From NCBI GenBank assembly GCA_946643435.1, contig CAMPCD010000002.1:13370-77369 (forward strand): DNA of 64,000 bases, given 5' to 3'. The position numbers and the translations under genes are program-made. Source of the DNA: an uncultured bacterium (GTDB taxonomy: Bacteria > Bacillota_I > Bacilli_A > RF39 > UBA660). The notes below the pieces were generated by a model. It saw only the letters and a list, made by a program, of their open reading frames with translations. It had not been told where the DNA came from and did no database searches. This document shows positions 63,405-64,000 of the stretch, piece after piece. Each line of letters opens with the position of its first letter. The first letter of the stretch is position 1.

Positions 63405-64000
63405 TTAATTATTTACTACAGTTGTTGGACTTTCAGTTATAGGTTCAACTTTTTCAGGAGTATTAGGAGTAGTTTCAACTAATACTGCATGTACTACATT
63501 TCTTGTTTTATTAGTAGAGCATGTTGATAAAGTTAAGATCTTATCATTTTCAGTAACTGTAACATTAAATTGATGTGTTGATCTAGATTGAATCATATTA
63601 ATGAATGCTTTAAAGTCCTCTTTAGTGTAGAAATTATTTTGTAAGTAATCAGTTGTTTCAGGTATTCTATATACTGAGAATATTCTCCATTTCATATTAC
63701 CTTGTTTAGTATTGAAAGTAATATAATTATTTGATTCCTTAGATAAGTATGATTTTTGTAATAATTGACTTAATTGTCCGAACATAATACCACCTTTAAT
63801 ATTATGTCCATATATAATTGTATTAGGATCTAAATCATTAGGATTATTTCTGAAATCCATGAATACCCATCCCATAGAATTTTTATTTTTCTTAAAGTCA
63901 CGGAATAAATAATATTTATTATCATTTCCTTGTACAACTGGATAATCAATTCGAGTATTATTAACTTTTAACCATCCAACTGTATCATCATTTATTTGAA
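63405..64000 (-). CDS. srtB: class B sortase (N-terminus beyond window edge)
   Basis: The minus-strand frame stays open to base 64000: ...NDDTVGWLKVNNTRIDYPVVQGNDNKYYLFRDF...MGWVFMD...IIYGHNIKGGIMFGQL...ILTLSTCS. These are typical SrtB blocks. The track Met at 63875 is internal. Confidence 0.85.
   Translation of the reverse strand, partial: QINDDTVGWLKVNNTRIDYPVVQGNDNKYYLFRDFKKNKNSMGWVFMDFRNNPNDLDPNTIIYGHNIKGGIMFGQLSQLLQKSYLSKESNNYITFNTKQGNMKWRIFSVYRIPETTDYLQNNFYTKEDFKAFINMIQSRSTHQFNVTVTENDKILTLSTCSTNKTRNVVHAVLVETTPNTPEKVEPITESPTTVVNN

Overview
64-kb chromosomal segment from an AT-rich (roughly 70% A+T by eye), standard-code, cell-walled low-GC Gram-positive bacterium. The gene content looks Erysipelotrichia/Clostridia-like, but I cannot place it further without a database search. 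There are about 60 genes, nearly all on the + strand, tightly packed, with many clear rho-independent terminators and TGnTATAAT-type promoters.

Housekeeping genes: parC (5' end cut by the window edge), mgtE, recX, rluB-like, a RumA/RlmD-type methyltransferase, pyk, trmB, cysS, trxB, ldh, prsA, an LCP-family gene, and tRNA-Leu(UAG) plus a tRNA with a CAU anticodon.

Main accessory content:
1. A ~20.5-kb locus (11.19-31.70 kb). It holds three ER-type (SipW-like) signal peptidase paralogues, one of them apparently catalytically dead. It also holds six proteins with SipW-class signal peptides (plus one related protein lacking that motif) that share a C-terminal signature, and a membrane-tethered McrB-family GTPase with a nuclease-less McrC-like partner. 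A 2584-aa beta-helix-repeat giant protein is translationally coupled to an unlisted 59-aa ORF and a 510-aa helical protein. This is my best candidate for an undescribed surface-fibre or assembly system.
2. A PrsW protease followed by three Tim44-like/zinc-ribbon proteins.
3. An orphan Spo0A C-terminal-domain protein.
4. A ~420-nt promoter-to-terminator non-coding unit upstream of a four-gene operon of Cys-containing surface proteins.
5. A thioester-domain (TQxA-like) adhesin with a VPSTG sorting signal and two sortases.
6. A membrane-anchored serpin, an Amidoligase_2-like enzyme and a HerA-like ATPase.

I recognised no rRNA, CRISPR array, transposase, integrase or prophage genes. All functional calls come from motifs read by eye. 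No database search was run.
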